Positions 39,215-48,802 of a DNA stretch of 64,000 nucleotides are shown here, in pieces. Below the pieces are notes generated by a model. It was not told where the DNA came from, made no database searches, and saw only the letters and a list, made by a program, of their open reading frames with translations. This stretch comes from a virus. Its lineage: Duplodnaviria; Caudoviricetes. A program made the position numbers and the translations under genes. Numbering within the stretch: the first letter of the stretch is position 1; each line of letters starts with the position of its first letter. The DNA is taken from IMG/VR virus record IMGVR_UViG_3300033475_000012, positions 16,292-80,291 of that record. The stretch is one strand, 5' to 3'.

Positions 39215-40009
39215 TTAACAGTCAATCGCGTACTTTTTCAGGATTTGACTTAGTGCATCTTTGCCCAATGCCGTAATTTGCATCTTTGCGCCCCTCCCCT
39301 CGCCAATTTTACTGATATATCTTTTAGCCTGAAGTGTCCCGAAGGCGTTCTTTATCTTCCTAGTGCTTGACTGATAGGTTCTTTTGAATTTCTCCTTGTA
39401 GATAAAAGCAGTATTCTTGGCCTCCCCGTCAAAAAGAGATAAGAGAACATAAAATTCAGGGATAGTCACCCCGGTATTTACCGTCATTGTTTTACGGTTG
39501 GTCTCCCAGAAGGTCAGGAAACGGACGATATAGGCCAATTCCTTTTGGGATTGATCCACCTTATTGGGGGGGACGTTTTTGTTACGTAAAAGGTAGTTAT
39601 AAGCCGGGGAGGTAGATAAAAAGTTGAGGTAATGGAAGGCGTTCACAAGCTCTTTATTTGCCAAAACCATTCGGTCTGCGACTAGTAGCTGTTCGGCAGA
39701 TTGCAGGGAATAATCCCGTTCAGGAGCCTTGGAAATAAGTGCCTGAAATTGTTCGACGCCTATGCCCTCTTGCTCATCTTCTATAACCAAAAAAAAGCGC
39801 TTTTTGAGCGCCCGTAGTAAAACAAACATTTTGGACAGAAACGACAGTCGGCTGGTTGATTTGGCATCCCATTCCCCTCCTTTTCGGAATAGCTTAAAGG
39901 CTATATCCCTTGGGAGGTCTATTTTAGCTTGCTCTGTTATCCCCTCTATCTGTCGGGCGAAATACAGATCCAAACTTTCGCAAGATATGTCAAGAATAGT
40001 TTTTTGCAC
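39215..40009 (-). CDS. transcription regulator with a C-terminal MarR-like winged helix (264 aa)
   Basis: TIPEFYVLLSL...IKNAFGTLQAKRYISK...MQITALGKDAL. Confidence 0.65.
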   Translation of the reverse strand: MQKTILDISCESLDLYFARQIEGITEQAKIDLPRDIAFKLFRKGGEWDAKSTSRLSFLSKMFVLLRALKKRFFLVIEDEQEGIGVEQFQALISKAPERDYSLQSAEQLLVADRMVLANKELVNAFHYLNFLSTSPAYNYLLRNKNVPPNKVDQSQKELAYIVRFLTFWETNRKTMTVNTGVTIPEFYVLLSLFDGEAKNTAFIYKEKFKRTYQSSTRKIKNAFGTLQAKRYISKIGEGRGAKMQITALGKDALSQILKKYAIDC

Positions 40010-40736
40010 TATGTCTTTTGTTTTCAGTTTTATAGATAGGCGAAAAAACCTTCCCGGTAATTTTACTCCATTTTCTGCCTGTTTTTATTTGCCCTATTAA
40101 ATGGATATTAACGCCATATTTTTGTGAAATGTCTTTATAGCTCATATTGGCGTTAAAAATAGTCAAAACCATTTCTTCAGACAAGTACTTAACGTCTTTT
40201 TTGATGTACTTAGCACCTGTGACGCGATGCCAAATTTTCCCAATCTTAATATTGGAAATGTTTTGCTCAGTCGTATGATAAATAACCGATAATTCTGTTG
40301 GAGTTAATTCAGAATGATATATCTCAATGACTTGTGTTTTAGTGAGTTTAGAATCTCGATGGGTATGCCCGACCAATGAAGTCAATCCATTATCCAAAGC
40401 ATGAATAGTGTTTTCTGAATAAGTAACCCATTCTATATTGGAGACACGATTATCACTGGGAATGGCGTTTATATGATTAACGCAGGGCTTGTTTAATGGA
40501 TTGGGGATAAAAGTATTAGCTACAAGCCGGTGAACCTGCTCGCTCTTTGTTGTGCTCACCCACACACGGATATATCCCGGCTTGTTCTTTCTGCCCAACA
40601 ATATTCTTCCTTTGACTGGCTTTTTCGCCCCTCTTTTTGTAATCAATACTCTATCTATGCTCCTAATACGACCCATATTGGAACATTGAAGCCTATCCTC
40701 ATACCCTTTGCACGGAAGCCAAATCTCATTATCCAT
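39990..40736 (-). mobile_element. NUMOD4-HNH homing endonuclease
   Basis: EIWLPCKGYE...SNMGRIRS; VHRLVA...VNHINAIPSDNRVSNIEW. Confidence 0.9.
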
Positions 40737-40947
40737 TATATTCAGGATTAGGTATTTGTTTTAATACTTTGCCGCCATGTGGACAACCACAGTTTTCTAC
40801 GACAAATAGAAACCGACCGCAATCACATTGCGAATTATCATATTTTAAGTCGTTGGCCAGCGGCATGTACCCGTCCACCCCATGAAACTCAAGGCACTTT
40901 CTTTTGGCCGGTTGTTCAGTTTGCTGCTGGTTGTTGGCCCAATTCAT
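40729..40947 (-). CDS. small Cys-rich (Zn-binding?) protein (72 aa)
   Basis: CDCG...CGCPH; overlaps both neighbours. Confidence 0.45.
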   Translation of the reverse strand: MNWANNQQQTEQPAKRKCLEFHGVDGYMPLANDLKYDNSQCDCGRFLFVVENCGCPHGGKVLKQIPNPEYNG

Positions 40948-41938
40948 TTTTTCTTGTTTGAATAAAGTTAAGGATATTTTCCAATCTTACGCGCCAGGAG
41001 TGGTGTTTTAAGACCCATTCCCGGCCAACCTTAGCCAGTTCTTCCCGTTCTGCATCGTTTTTCAAGAGTCGGTCAATCTCCGTTTTTAGCATATCAAAGT
41101 CCAACCAAGTCTTTATTACGTTCTTATTGAAGTCTTGGTTTATGCCGTAGTAGTATTGGGAGATAGTCGCGCAACCGCAGCCCATGGCTCTCCAAATTCG
41201 GTCTGAAGTATATCCCCGGCGATTGAACTGGTTTTGAGTAATGGCTATTTTTGCAGTATTGTAAATGGCTATTTCATCATTCTTTTCTGCAATTCGGGAA
41301 TGTCCGCCCCAGCCCATGCCGTAAACAGCGAACCTATTCCCGTATTCATTTCTCAAAAAATCAACCATTTCTACCCGTTGTTGAGCCAAAGGAAATTCAT
41401 CTTTCAGAGAGGATGTAGTATAATTTCCGCCAATGAATACTATTTCAGGAAATGGGAACACCTTCTTTTCATCTCCTATTTTATAGGAGGTTATCAACTC
41501 AGGCTGAGGCGAATAAACATCATAATCGGCTGCACTATTCGACCACATTACGTTATTGAATCCGGCCCTCTTTAACTCGTCTACCGTTTCCATATCTCCT
41601 ACCACAACTAATCCTAAATGCGGTGCTAAGTCTTTTATCCATCCTATGTCCTGTCTAACGTCGAACGAAAAAAGAACCGTGAATGTTTTTTCGGGAAGCG
41701 AATGTAATAAGTCAGCGTCTAAATTTCCGCCAGATTGAACATGGAGAAATAACAAATCCGGCTCTTCCATATGCGCCTTTGCAATAAGCCTTTCCCACAT
41801 GCCTATGATTCCTTCATTTGCTTTTACGGACTGCCAATTAAAGACACTCACCTCTTCAAATAGTTCTTTCATGGCATTGGTGATGCCGGAAGATCTATAA
41901 GAAGGGCTTTCGATAGCGCAGTGCAGTATTGACTTCAT
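40916..41938 (-). CDS. glycosyltransferase, CgeB/Glyco_trans_1_2-like (GT-B, 340 aa)
   Basis: VFIGGN, FAVYGMGW, IYNTAKIAI...SDRIWRAMGCGC, ELAKVGREWVLKHHSWRVR. Confidence 0.85.
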   Translation of the reverse strand: MKSILHCAIESPSYRSSGITNAMKELFEEVSVFNWQSVKANEGIIGMWERLIAKAHMEEPDLLFLHVQSGGNLDADLLHSLPEKTFTVLFSFDVRQDIGWIKDLAPHLGLVVVGDMETVDELKRAGFNNVMWSNSAADYDVYSPQPELITSYKIGDEKKVFPFPEIVFIGGNYTTSSLKDEFPLAQQRVEMVDFLRNEYGNRFAVYGMGWGGHSRIAEKNDEIAIYNTAKIAITQNQFNRRGYTSDRIWRAMGCGCATISQYYYGINQDFNKNVIKTWLDFDMLKTEIDRLLKNDAEREELAKVGREWVLKHHSWRVRLENILNFIQTRKNELGQQPAAN

Positions 41939-41942
41939 GTTA

Positions 41943-42803
41943 TTAATAATTTAACCATGCTAATGGGTCTGGCTTGGCGATCTTATTTAATATTATTTCT
42001 CTGTTCTTTTCAAAGGTATAGTATTCCTTAAATATTTCAGCACCTCGTTCTTGCTTTTTGATTATTTCGGCATGGGATATAGAATGAAGTATTTGTTCAA
42101 GCCTTGGTAATTCTTCCTCTTTAACCAATACCCCGTATTCATTGAAGTCTATCCAATGAGGTTGGACGTGAGTATCCGACAAATATACCGGAATGCTACC
42201 GTATTCTAGGGCCTCCAATATACGAAAGGAGCTGGCCCCGCACCCACGGGGGCATATTGTATAAGTCGATTTTGCAAGGATTTGACAGAAGTCTCTAAGC
42301 GGGTGTTGAGCCTCGGATACATAAATACTACGGCCGCTGAAATCTCTCAAAAGCCGCTGGCGAATCGGATGAGTGTTACGCCCGATAAAATTAGCAAAAA
42401 GGCTTTTCTGGATACCGACCTTAAAATTATGCGGCGCACACAATAATGGCAACGGATAGTCTATTCTGCCTCCACTCATCCCAAAACATAATATATCCAA
42501 ATCTTTGAAATCGACCATAGGCCCTAAGTCGAATTGATGAATACAGTAATACTTCTTTGAACGATCCAAGGTGTCAACAAAGTCTTGGAGCCTTTTTACG
42601 GCCGCCTTATCCTCCCCAAATTTATGTGTAACTAAATAGCCGTTAAAGAAAATGGGCAAATATTCCCGTTCCGTCTCCCCTGGCATGTACGGGTAATTGT
42701 CATAGAACCACTCTTCAAAGTTGATTTTATTATCCGAAGGATAAGGAAAACTTTGACGAATCCTAAACTCAGGTGGTACTCCGTAATGTGATTTCCAGTT
42801 CAT
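41943..42803 (-). CDS. exostosin-family (GT47-like) glycosyltransferase (286 aa)
   Basis: STYTICPRGCGASSFRILEALEYGSIPVYLSD plus the following PHW-x-I-D pattern. Confidence 0.85.
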   Translation of the reverse strand: MNWKSHYGVPPEFRIRQSFPYPSDNKINFEEWFYDNYPYMPGETEREYLPIFFNGYLVTHKFGEDKAAVKRLQDFVDTLDRSKKYYCIHQFDLGPMVDFKDLDILCFGMSGGRIDYPLPLLCAPHNFKVGIQKSLFANFIGRNTHPIRQRLLRDFSGRSIYVSEAQHPLRDFCQILAKSTYTICPRGCGASSFRILEALEYGSIPVYLSDTHVQPHWIDFNEYGVLVKEEELPRLEQILHSISHAEIIKKQERGAEIFKEYYTFEKNREIILNKIAKPDPLAWLNY

Positions 42804-43969
42804 TTATATTTCCATTTAAATCCGTACGCTGTTTTCTTAACCCCAGAACACACCCTTACTATGCAAGACGTATCTGATCGCCCAAAAGACAGAGCCGCAT
42901 CTAATGCAGAATCCCAATCTTTAATAAATTCGTTTTCTTTTGAAAATTGTTGTATCGGCCTTTTGTGCCCGTATCTTGGTGACATATTCAGTGTAGACTC
43001 GTCTTCCAAATATTTCCAAAAAAATCCACCGGCGGTTCTGCCCTTTTTCTTACAACAATCTTTTATGTGGCTAGGGCATAATGACAAACAATCAGCGGCT
43101 ATTTTTATACTATCAAAAGACCTTACAAAATCACCAGACATGGAAAATTGACTGACCCTTCTATAGTTTGATGTTTTCTTCCTTTTAAATTGTACGCTTT
43201 CACTCGGGGAAGAACCGGAATACGCCCAGAAAAAACCGCCTACTGATTTTTGCCTATTATTACAACATCGACTAATACTTCCGGCGTTTATATTTAAAGA
43301 CCTCGCTGCATCAATCATGGAATCCCATTTCTTAATAAAAATTAGCCCAATGCCGAACTGATAAACGGACTTAGAATATGGGTTTAGATGTCCCAACCTA
43401 CCAACAGACATCTTTTTATAAAAGATGGGGTTACCCCAATTTTTCTTAGAAACCACGGAACAACCCATCCGCCTTTCACTGGTAAATACTTGTGGCTTTC
43501 TAACCAGAGCGTCCATGACTTTTCTTTTCTTATCAGACCATCCAACACCCCTTCGCATAGAGGAAAAGAGAGCTTTTGTTTCATCGGAATGCTTTCGACC
43601 AAACCAAGGATTTAAAACACCTATTTTGCCCTTCATGTGTCTGCCCATCTTAGCCCTGCTTTCATCAGACATTTTTGACCCAAGTCTACCGCCATTCATC
43701 AAGTTTAATCCGACAGAAGAATTAAAGGAGTTGTATTTGTCTATATAATATGTCTCGTAATAATTTAAAGAATCCTCGCTACAATAAATCAACACTTCAA
43801 ACAAATGTGCATCCCACCCGTATTTTTTTATAGAATTATACAGCTTGGGTTGACTTTTACACTGGACATTGGCATAGTTTCTTTTCCGTTTAGCTAGATT
43901 AATTGATTGACCAATATATATTCGTCCAGAGGGAGATGTTATTTTATATATTCCGATGAGCCTATTCAT
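42800..43969 (-). mobile_element. GIY-YIG homing endonuclease with NUMOD3/NUMOD1 repeats
   Basis: GIYKITSPSGRIYIGQS; three C-terminal NUMOD1-type repeats (QFS..G.FI..WDS..DAA...I..CC). Confidence 0.9.
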
Positions 43970-44600
43970 TGCTCAAATGTTTTCTAACATAAAAAGCGTC
44001 CGTCCACGCATCGCCAACCCAAGGGCCAGTTTCAACTCTTTCGAAATCAGAAAGAATCGTATCTATTTCTTCTACAAGAGCGTTCCCAGAATAAACAGAT
44101 TTTTTATTTATCTCGGTATAAACCCAATTTATTTGTCTAAGAGTTTTTAAACCGCCCGACAAGACTCTGTTTTCATATCCCTGACAATCCAAGACAAGGA
44201 GGTCATATCCCTTGTTTATTAATCCAAGATTATCAAGAATATCAACATCTACCAATTCTTCATCAGTAAATTTTACCGAATCGTGAAGAATAAGATGTAG
44301 GTCTGGGCGAAGAATACTATTCGATTGCCCGTGGTTGACTGTATTATCCCCGGTATACATCGTCACATCCACTTGCGATTTGTCGCCGCAAGCCAGATTA
44401 AACAATTTGATATTCTCCATTCCAAAGAACTTCTTATGAAGAACACCGAAGGCTGCCGCACAGGGCTCGATAAGCGCCATTCGTTTTATACCTACCGCCA
44501 CATAATCGTCGTACTCTTCACAAAAGTGAGCGCCGCAAACGATTACTCCATTTGCATTGATGTTATACTTTTTTACAAGTTCTTTGAAGTTAAGGAGCAT
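43962..44600 (-). CDS. FkbM-family SAM methyltransferase (212 aa)
   Basis: VIVCGAH, LIEP, LVLDCQGYE, YTEIN, WTDAFY. Confidence 0.85.
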   Translation of the reverse strand: MLLNFKELVKKYNINANGVIVCGAHFCEEYDDYVAVGIKRMALIEPCAAAFGVLHKKFFGMENIKLFNLACGDKSQVDVTMYTGDNTVNHGQSNSILRPDLHLILHDSVKFTDEELVDVDILDNLGLINKGYDLLVLDCQGYENRVLSGGLKTLRQINWVYTEINKKSVYSGNALVEEIDTILSDFERVETGPWVGDAWTDAFYVRKHLSNE

Positions 44601-44601
44601 C

Positions 44602-45249
44602 TTACTTTCTTTTTATAACGATTAGTTTTTCATACGCACATATCTCTACTGAGTCAATTAGTTTTTTGAATATGGCTGAATCTTCAGAAGTAAAGTACGG
44701 ATTTACTATCTCTCCTGTTTTTAAAAATTCTTTGAACATATGCAAGGGGGTGTCTTCAAACCTATGCACCAATCCGCCCCAATAAAAGGAGTCCAAATTG
44801 CAGTGGCAGTCTTCAATATAATAGATTCCGCCTTCGGTCATTTTACCCCAAAATATCTCTTTGAAGGAAACAATCTGATGATGTGCGTTATGACTACCAT
44901 CATCCACAGCCACTTCGTATTTGCCGGGAAGCGATCGAAGTAGATTGACGTCTGATTGATCCCCTTGTATAGGGTAGAATCCTTGGTTCCGACACCATCG
45001 TGCGCTAACAAACTCAGGATTCATGAACAAATCCAAACAATGAATATCCACCTCATTTGCGCCGAAAATGTCATTCCATATTTTCAGCGATTGCCCTCTG
45101 GCAACGCCTATTTCCAACAAAGTCCGACACGACTCGGGTAGTGTTCTGGAATAAACCTCCCAATACCCATGCTCTCCTTTGTCGGTATTAAGCCATCGAT
45201 TTAGAAAACCAAAACGAGCAAGCCTTATTTCCTGTATAGTCTTATCCAT
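44602..45249 (-). CDS. class I SAM-dependent (sugar O-)methyltransferase (215 aa)
   Basis: TDK...HGY...Y, LLEIGV, GDQSD, VDDGSH, GGIYYIED. Confidence 0.85.
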   Translation of the reverse strand: MDKTIQEIRLARFGFLNRWLNTDKGEHGYWEVYSRTLPESCRTLLEIGVARGQSLKIWNDIFGANEVDIHCLDLFMNPEFVSARWCRNQGFYPIQGDQSDVNLLRSLPGKYEVAVDDGSHNAHHQIVSFKEIFWGKMTEGGIYYIEDCHCNLDSFYWGGLVHRFEDTPLHMFKEFLKTGEIVNPYFTSEDSAIFKKLIDSVEICAYEKLIVIKRK

Positions 45250-45252
45250 AGG

Positions 45253-46071
45253 TTAGTATTTTATTCTATGCCATCGAGGAGGCATAATATCCATGGTAGC
45301 CAATGCCGAATTATCGGGTCCAAAGTAATTGTCTTCATGCGGACAAACCACCATAATTGAATGTCTATTTAAGATGCCAGCCAAAACAGAAAAGCTACTA
45401 TTAGATGTTACCAAAAAAGGACAGTTGCACATGGCTATAAAATCATCTTGCGTAGTCCCTATTGAAAATGAAAATTGATCTTCAGAACTAATAAAATATT
45501 TTTTCACAAATCCTCTACAGTATGGAATGTCGTCTGAACAAAACATGAATTTGGGAAGTCTCACCCATGAAGATGTGAAATTATTTTGAATAAAATGAAT
45601 GGCAGATAGCAAATATTCATCTGTAACGACCGGATGTTTTGTTGAATATTGTAAGTAATCGCCCCTTCTGACATGAATAATAACCATCTCTGTGTTATAC
45701 TCAGCATTATGATAGCCTATTGATAAGTTAAATTCATTTATAAGATTAGACTGCCACCCATCAATATACCGCCAACTTTGAAAGTATCCTGTCCTAATAT
45801 CCTTTGTCCCGATCATTATGTTTTTATCTCTCCACTCTTCTTTGAAAGGCAGTTCGACGAATGAGTGCCGCCCATCATTTACTTCAACTATTTCAAGATC
45901 GGGATTCCAATTTGGATTTTGTAAGTGCTGGTGATAAGTCGGCCAAACTGATGGGGCTAGCGATTCTTTTGGCGCGCAATACTCTAATCCATGCTTTTTA
46001 GCATAAACCCACCCCGTCATTTGCTGCCAAGTCGAGTTGGCGAAACGCCCTTTCGTAAATACGCTTACCAT
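45253..46071 (-). CDS. alpha-1,2-fucosyltransferase-like glycosyltransferase (GT11)
   Basis: KGRFANSTWQ, GYFQSWRY, IHVRRGDY, FCSDD, NSSFS; start ATG at 46071 in a TAATG overlap with the endonuclease stop. Confidence 0.9.
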   Translation of the reverse strand: MVSVFTKGRFANSTWQQMTGWVYAKKHGLEYCAPKESLAPSVWPTYHQHLQNPNWNPDLEIVEVNDGRHSFVELPFKEEWRDKNIMIGTKDIRTGYFQSWRYIDGWQSNLINEFNLSIGYHNAEYNTEMVIIHVRRGDYLQYSTKHPVVTDEYLLSAIHFIQNNFTSSWVRLPKFMFCSDDIPYCRGFVKKYFISSEDQFSFSIGTTQDDFIAMCNCPFLVTSNSSFSVLAGILNRHSIMVVCPHEDNYFGPDNSALATMDIMPPRWHRIKY

Positions 46072-46802
46072 TACGCTTTGGTCCAATTTTTATAAGTCAT
46101 CCCTAGTACTATTTTATTTACTGCGGCCCTTCCGATGTTCATATCTTTTGCAATTATAAATTGTGGCACTCCACTTTTATATTTTTTCATCACTTTTTTC
46201 ACTTGAGATTCTTTAAGTTTAAGATTGTTTTTGGCTTCCCTCCATTCATGGCCAAGATTTTTGGTCATAAAACCCCAAGTCCTCCCACCTCTAACGTTAT
46301 TTATGCAGCTTATGGTTACTCCATACTTTTTTGCCAATTCACGTTCGGTATACTCCCCAGTAGAGTATAATTTAAGCATTTCGACGACTTGTTGCTCGCT
46401 TAATTTAGCACCGGGGCCTTTTTCACCTAAATGACACTGTAATCCAGTAGCTATGGCATGTCTTTGGTTTTCCAGCTTAGTGGCCCATTCAAGATTAACA
46501 GCCCTGTTGTCCCATTTTATTCCATTTTTGTGATTAATTTGAGACTTTTTACTAGGGTTCGGTTTAAAAGCTTTTCCAACCAGCCTATGAACAAGACGCC
46601 CATGCTCCTTTTTGTCTTTAAATAAAGAAACTCTTACGTAATCGTCTTTGCTTGGTTTTAGCTTAAGATGTATCCCCTTTTTAATATATCTGCCCCCATA
46701 TGGAAGATACCCAATAAATCTATCCAATGACCTAACTCGACCCAGATTACTTATTTCGTAATACCCAGTAAACCCCCATATTGGTTTCCAAATTTCTTTC
46801 AT
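46071..46802 (-). mobile_element. NUMOD4-HNH homing endonuclease
   Basis: EIWKPIWGF...YEISNLGRVRS; VHRLVG...INHKNGIKWDNRAVNLEW. Confidence 0.9.
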
Positions 46803-47506
46803 AGTTCAATAATCATCTTTTCTATCTCAGAAACTTTTTTCATATTTTCATTGAGGTCTTTTAGGAAGCCAGATTCCGAATGTTGGAGGTGATCATATTG
46901 CATTCCCGGAACGACATATAGACTACCCCCGGCTTTTAACCATAGATAGTTGAAGAATATAGTATCCGAAGCTAGGATTGACGGATCGTGTCGATATACC
47001 TTGCAATAAGCCTCACGCGGCACTACATAGTTGGCGGTGTTACACATACAGCGAAACATGGGGTTATCCATAAATCCTTTAGCATTCTCTTTCGTAAAGG
47101 ACATGCTGGCAAACTCTCTGTAATCGAAGGACGGGCGCGCCCATTCTGGACAGAAAATCGTTCCGCTCATTGCGTCTGGTTCGGCCCCATTCAATTCGGC
47201 GTATAAAGCATCAAGGTAGCCGGGCGAAAAGGTGTTATCTGAATCCCATAGACAAACAAGCGGCATTGTACAGTGAGCCACTGCATCTGCCTTGTTTTTT
47301 GACATATTCACGTTCTTGTACTGCTGAAAAAGAACCACCTTATCGTTATTCCGATAATAGTTACTTAATCGATGAAAGGAACCGTCTGTAGAGGCATCAT
47401 CTGCGATAATGATACTGTTTACTCGTTCATCATTCAACACCTGTTCGATGGCGTTTTTTGTCATCGACTCACGATTATACGTAGTTATTGCAATGTCAAT
47501 TTTCAT
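46799..47506 (-). CDS. family 2 glycosyltransferase (235 aa)
   Basis: IAITTYNR, IIIADDASTD, LWDSD (DxD). Confidence 0.9.
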   Translation of the reverse strand: MKIDIAITTYNRESMTKNAIEQVLNDERVNSIIIADDASTDGSFHRLSNYYRNNDKVVLFQQYKNVNMSKNKADAVAHCTMPLVCLWDSDNTFSPGYLDALYAELNGAEPDAMSGTIFCPEWARPSFDYREFASMSFTKENAKGFMDNPMFRCMCNTANYVVPREAYCKVYRHDPSILASDTIFFNYLWLKAGGSLYVVPGMQYDHLQHSESGFLKDLNENMKKVSEIEKMIIEL

Positions 47507-47517
47507 ACAAAAAAGTT

Positions 47518-47639
47518 ACCGGAGGGTGCATCCAACGGTATCTCGTCCGGCCTGACGGCCTTTAGTGAAGTGTTGTCCCTCCGGTATCCTTATCGTTAAA
47601 AACTAATGCCTCTGTTTTTAACGAGATATCTTTGGATGC
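47518..47639. ncRNA. candidate structured RNA element in the only sizeable gap of the glycan operon
   Basis: 19-bp stem 47528-46/47621-39; 9-bp stem 47518-26/47577-85 crossing it; hairpins at 47549-60 and 47594-623. No family recognised. Confidence 0.4.
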
Positions 47640-47643
47640 GGGA

Positions 47644-48288
47644 CTAAGGTACAATCTTAGAGTTATTCTGCAAATTTAATTTTTGGGTATGTTTTTTAAA
47701 GGCTCCTTCGATGTAATACCCCCAGTCTTTGAACCCTCCTTCTGTTAAACTGATCCCTGGATACTGACTAGCCAACTGGGGGTAGGCATGAAAGCATTTA
47801 CCATGTGGTTCTATCTCACGCATCCACAAACTATCTATAGGGATACTTTCTGGCAATTCCAACGCTCTTTGCATAAACTCCCGGCTGTACATGGCTGCAT
47901 GGAGCCCGTAGGAGCCTTCGATTCGGAATAGGTTAGGCGTTATCAGATGCTCCACCGGTCGGATCAATACAGACCCTAATTTTATCTGCCACCAATCTAT
48001 TTCACGGGATTGACGGACTATTTCTTCCATGTAAGCATTGAATTCATCCGGAGGAACTAAGAACTTAACATCGTCCTCAAAAATGAGACATCTGGATAAC
48101 CATTGGGCTTGTTTAAAAAGATAAATAAACGATGTCCTTACTCCTTTCTTTCCGTCTATATCTTTTGTCCCGCCCCACCATTGAAAGTTTATGCCATACT
48201 TTCTGAAGTCGTCTATCACCCGCTGCTTTCTTTCGACATCGCCAATGGTTATCACATATATCTTATCAAAGTAGTTCCGCCAGGACAT
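47644..48288 (-). CDS. family 25-like glycosyltransferase (214 aa)
   Basis: FDKIYVI...ER, LIFEDD, YGLHAAMYS, PID. Confidence 0.8.
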   Translation of the reverse strand: MSWRNYFDKIYVITIGDVERKQRVIDDFRKYGINFQWWGGTKDIDGKKGVRTSFIYLFKQAQWLSRCLIFEDDVKFLVPPDEFNAYMEEIVRQSREIDWWQIKLGSVLIRPVEHLITPNLFRIEGSYGLHAAMYSREFMQRALELPESIPIDSLWMREIEPHGKCFHAYPQLASQYPGISLTEGGFKDWGYYIEGAFKKHTQKLNLQNNSKIVP

Positions 48289-48289
48289 C

Positions 48290-48532
48290 TTATCTTTTTC
48301 TTTTGGATTTACGTTTGCTTTTAGGTTCCGGTTTTTTATACTCGAACTGCATTGGATACTTTTCTTTTTTCATAGGACGAATCATCTTCTTTGTAATCGT
48401 GCTAATATGGAATGCACCACAGATTGGGCACCTATATATACGAAACTTATGTTTCCTATTACGGTTACGCAGTCCTATTAGGTCTTCTGCTGCTTCATGC
48501 GGGGTGTTGTATGTTCGTTTATCACATTCCAT
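48290..48532 (-). CDS. small Zn-finger protein (80 aa)
   Basis: C-x-K-x-x-Y...EA...IYRCPICGAFHI. Confidence 0.65.
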   Translation of the reverse strand: MECDKRTYNTPHEAAEDLIGLRNRNRKHKFRIYRCPICGAFHISTITKKMIRPMKKEKYPMQFEYKKPEPKSKRKSKRKR

Positions 48533-48533
48533 T

Positions 48534-48791
48534 TTAAAACGATGGAAATTTTCGCCATGAAAACAATTCCGAATCAGGAAGTTTAGAGTAATCCACTTCT
48601 TCAGAAAAGGTTACTCTGCTTGTCATGGGGGCGAATTCGGCGGCTTTTTTATTTCTTAAATGCTGCTTGCTGTTTCGATATAAGGAGACCGAAGCGCGGC
48701 ACATCCCTACTTTTTCTGCAATCTCAGCGTCTTTAAGACCTTGTGAAGTTAGGAAATGTATTTCTTCTACTAGCTCAGGAGTTGCTTTCAT
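48534..48791 (-). CDS. small HTH protein (85 aa)
   Basis: GLKDAEIAEKVGMCRASVSLY. Confidence 0.65.
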   Translation of the reverse strand: MKATPELVEEIHFLTSQGLKDAEIAEKVGMCRASVSLYRNSKQHLRNKKAAEFAPMTSRVTFSEEVDYSKLPDSELFSWRKFPSF

Positions 48792-48802
48792 CTGGATGAA
48801 TT

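Noticed and set aside
47507-47643. Hammerhead ribozyme or tRNA in the glycan-operon gap
   Set aside because: CTGACG and GTC are present, but the CUGANGA/GAAA core and stem order do not fit; no cloverleaf or TTCG T-loop.
40916-48288. DNA base hypermodification as the role of the glycan cluster
   Set aside because: No hydroxymethylase, 2OG-Fe dioxygenase or modified-nucleotide pathway in the window; not excluded but less supported than protein or surface glycosylation.
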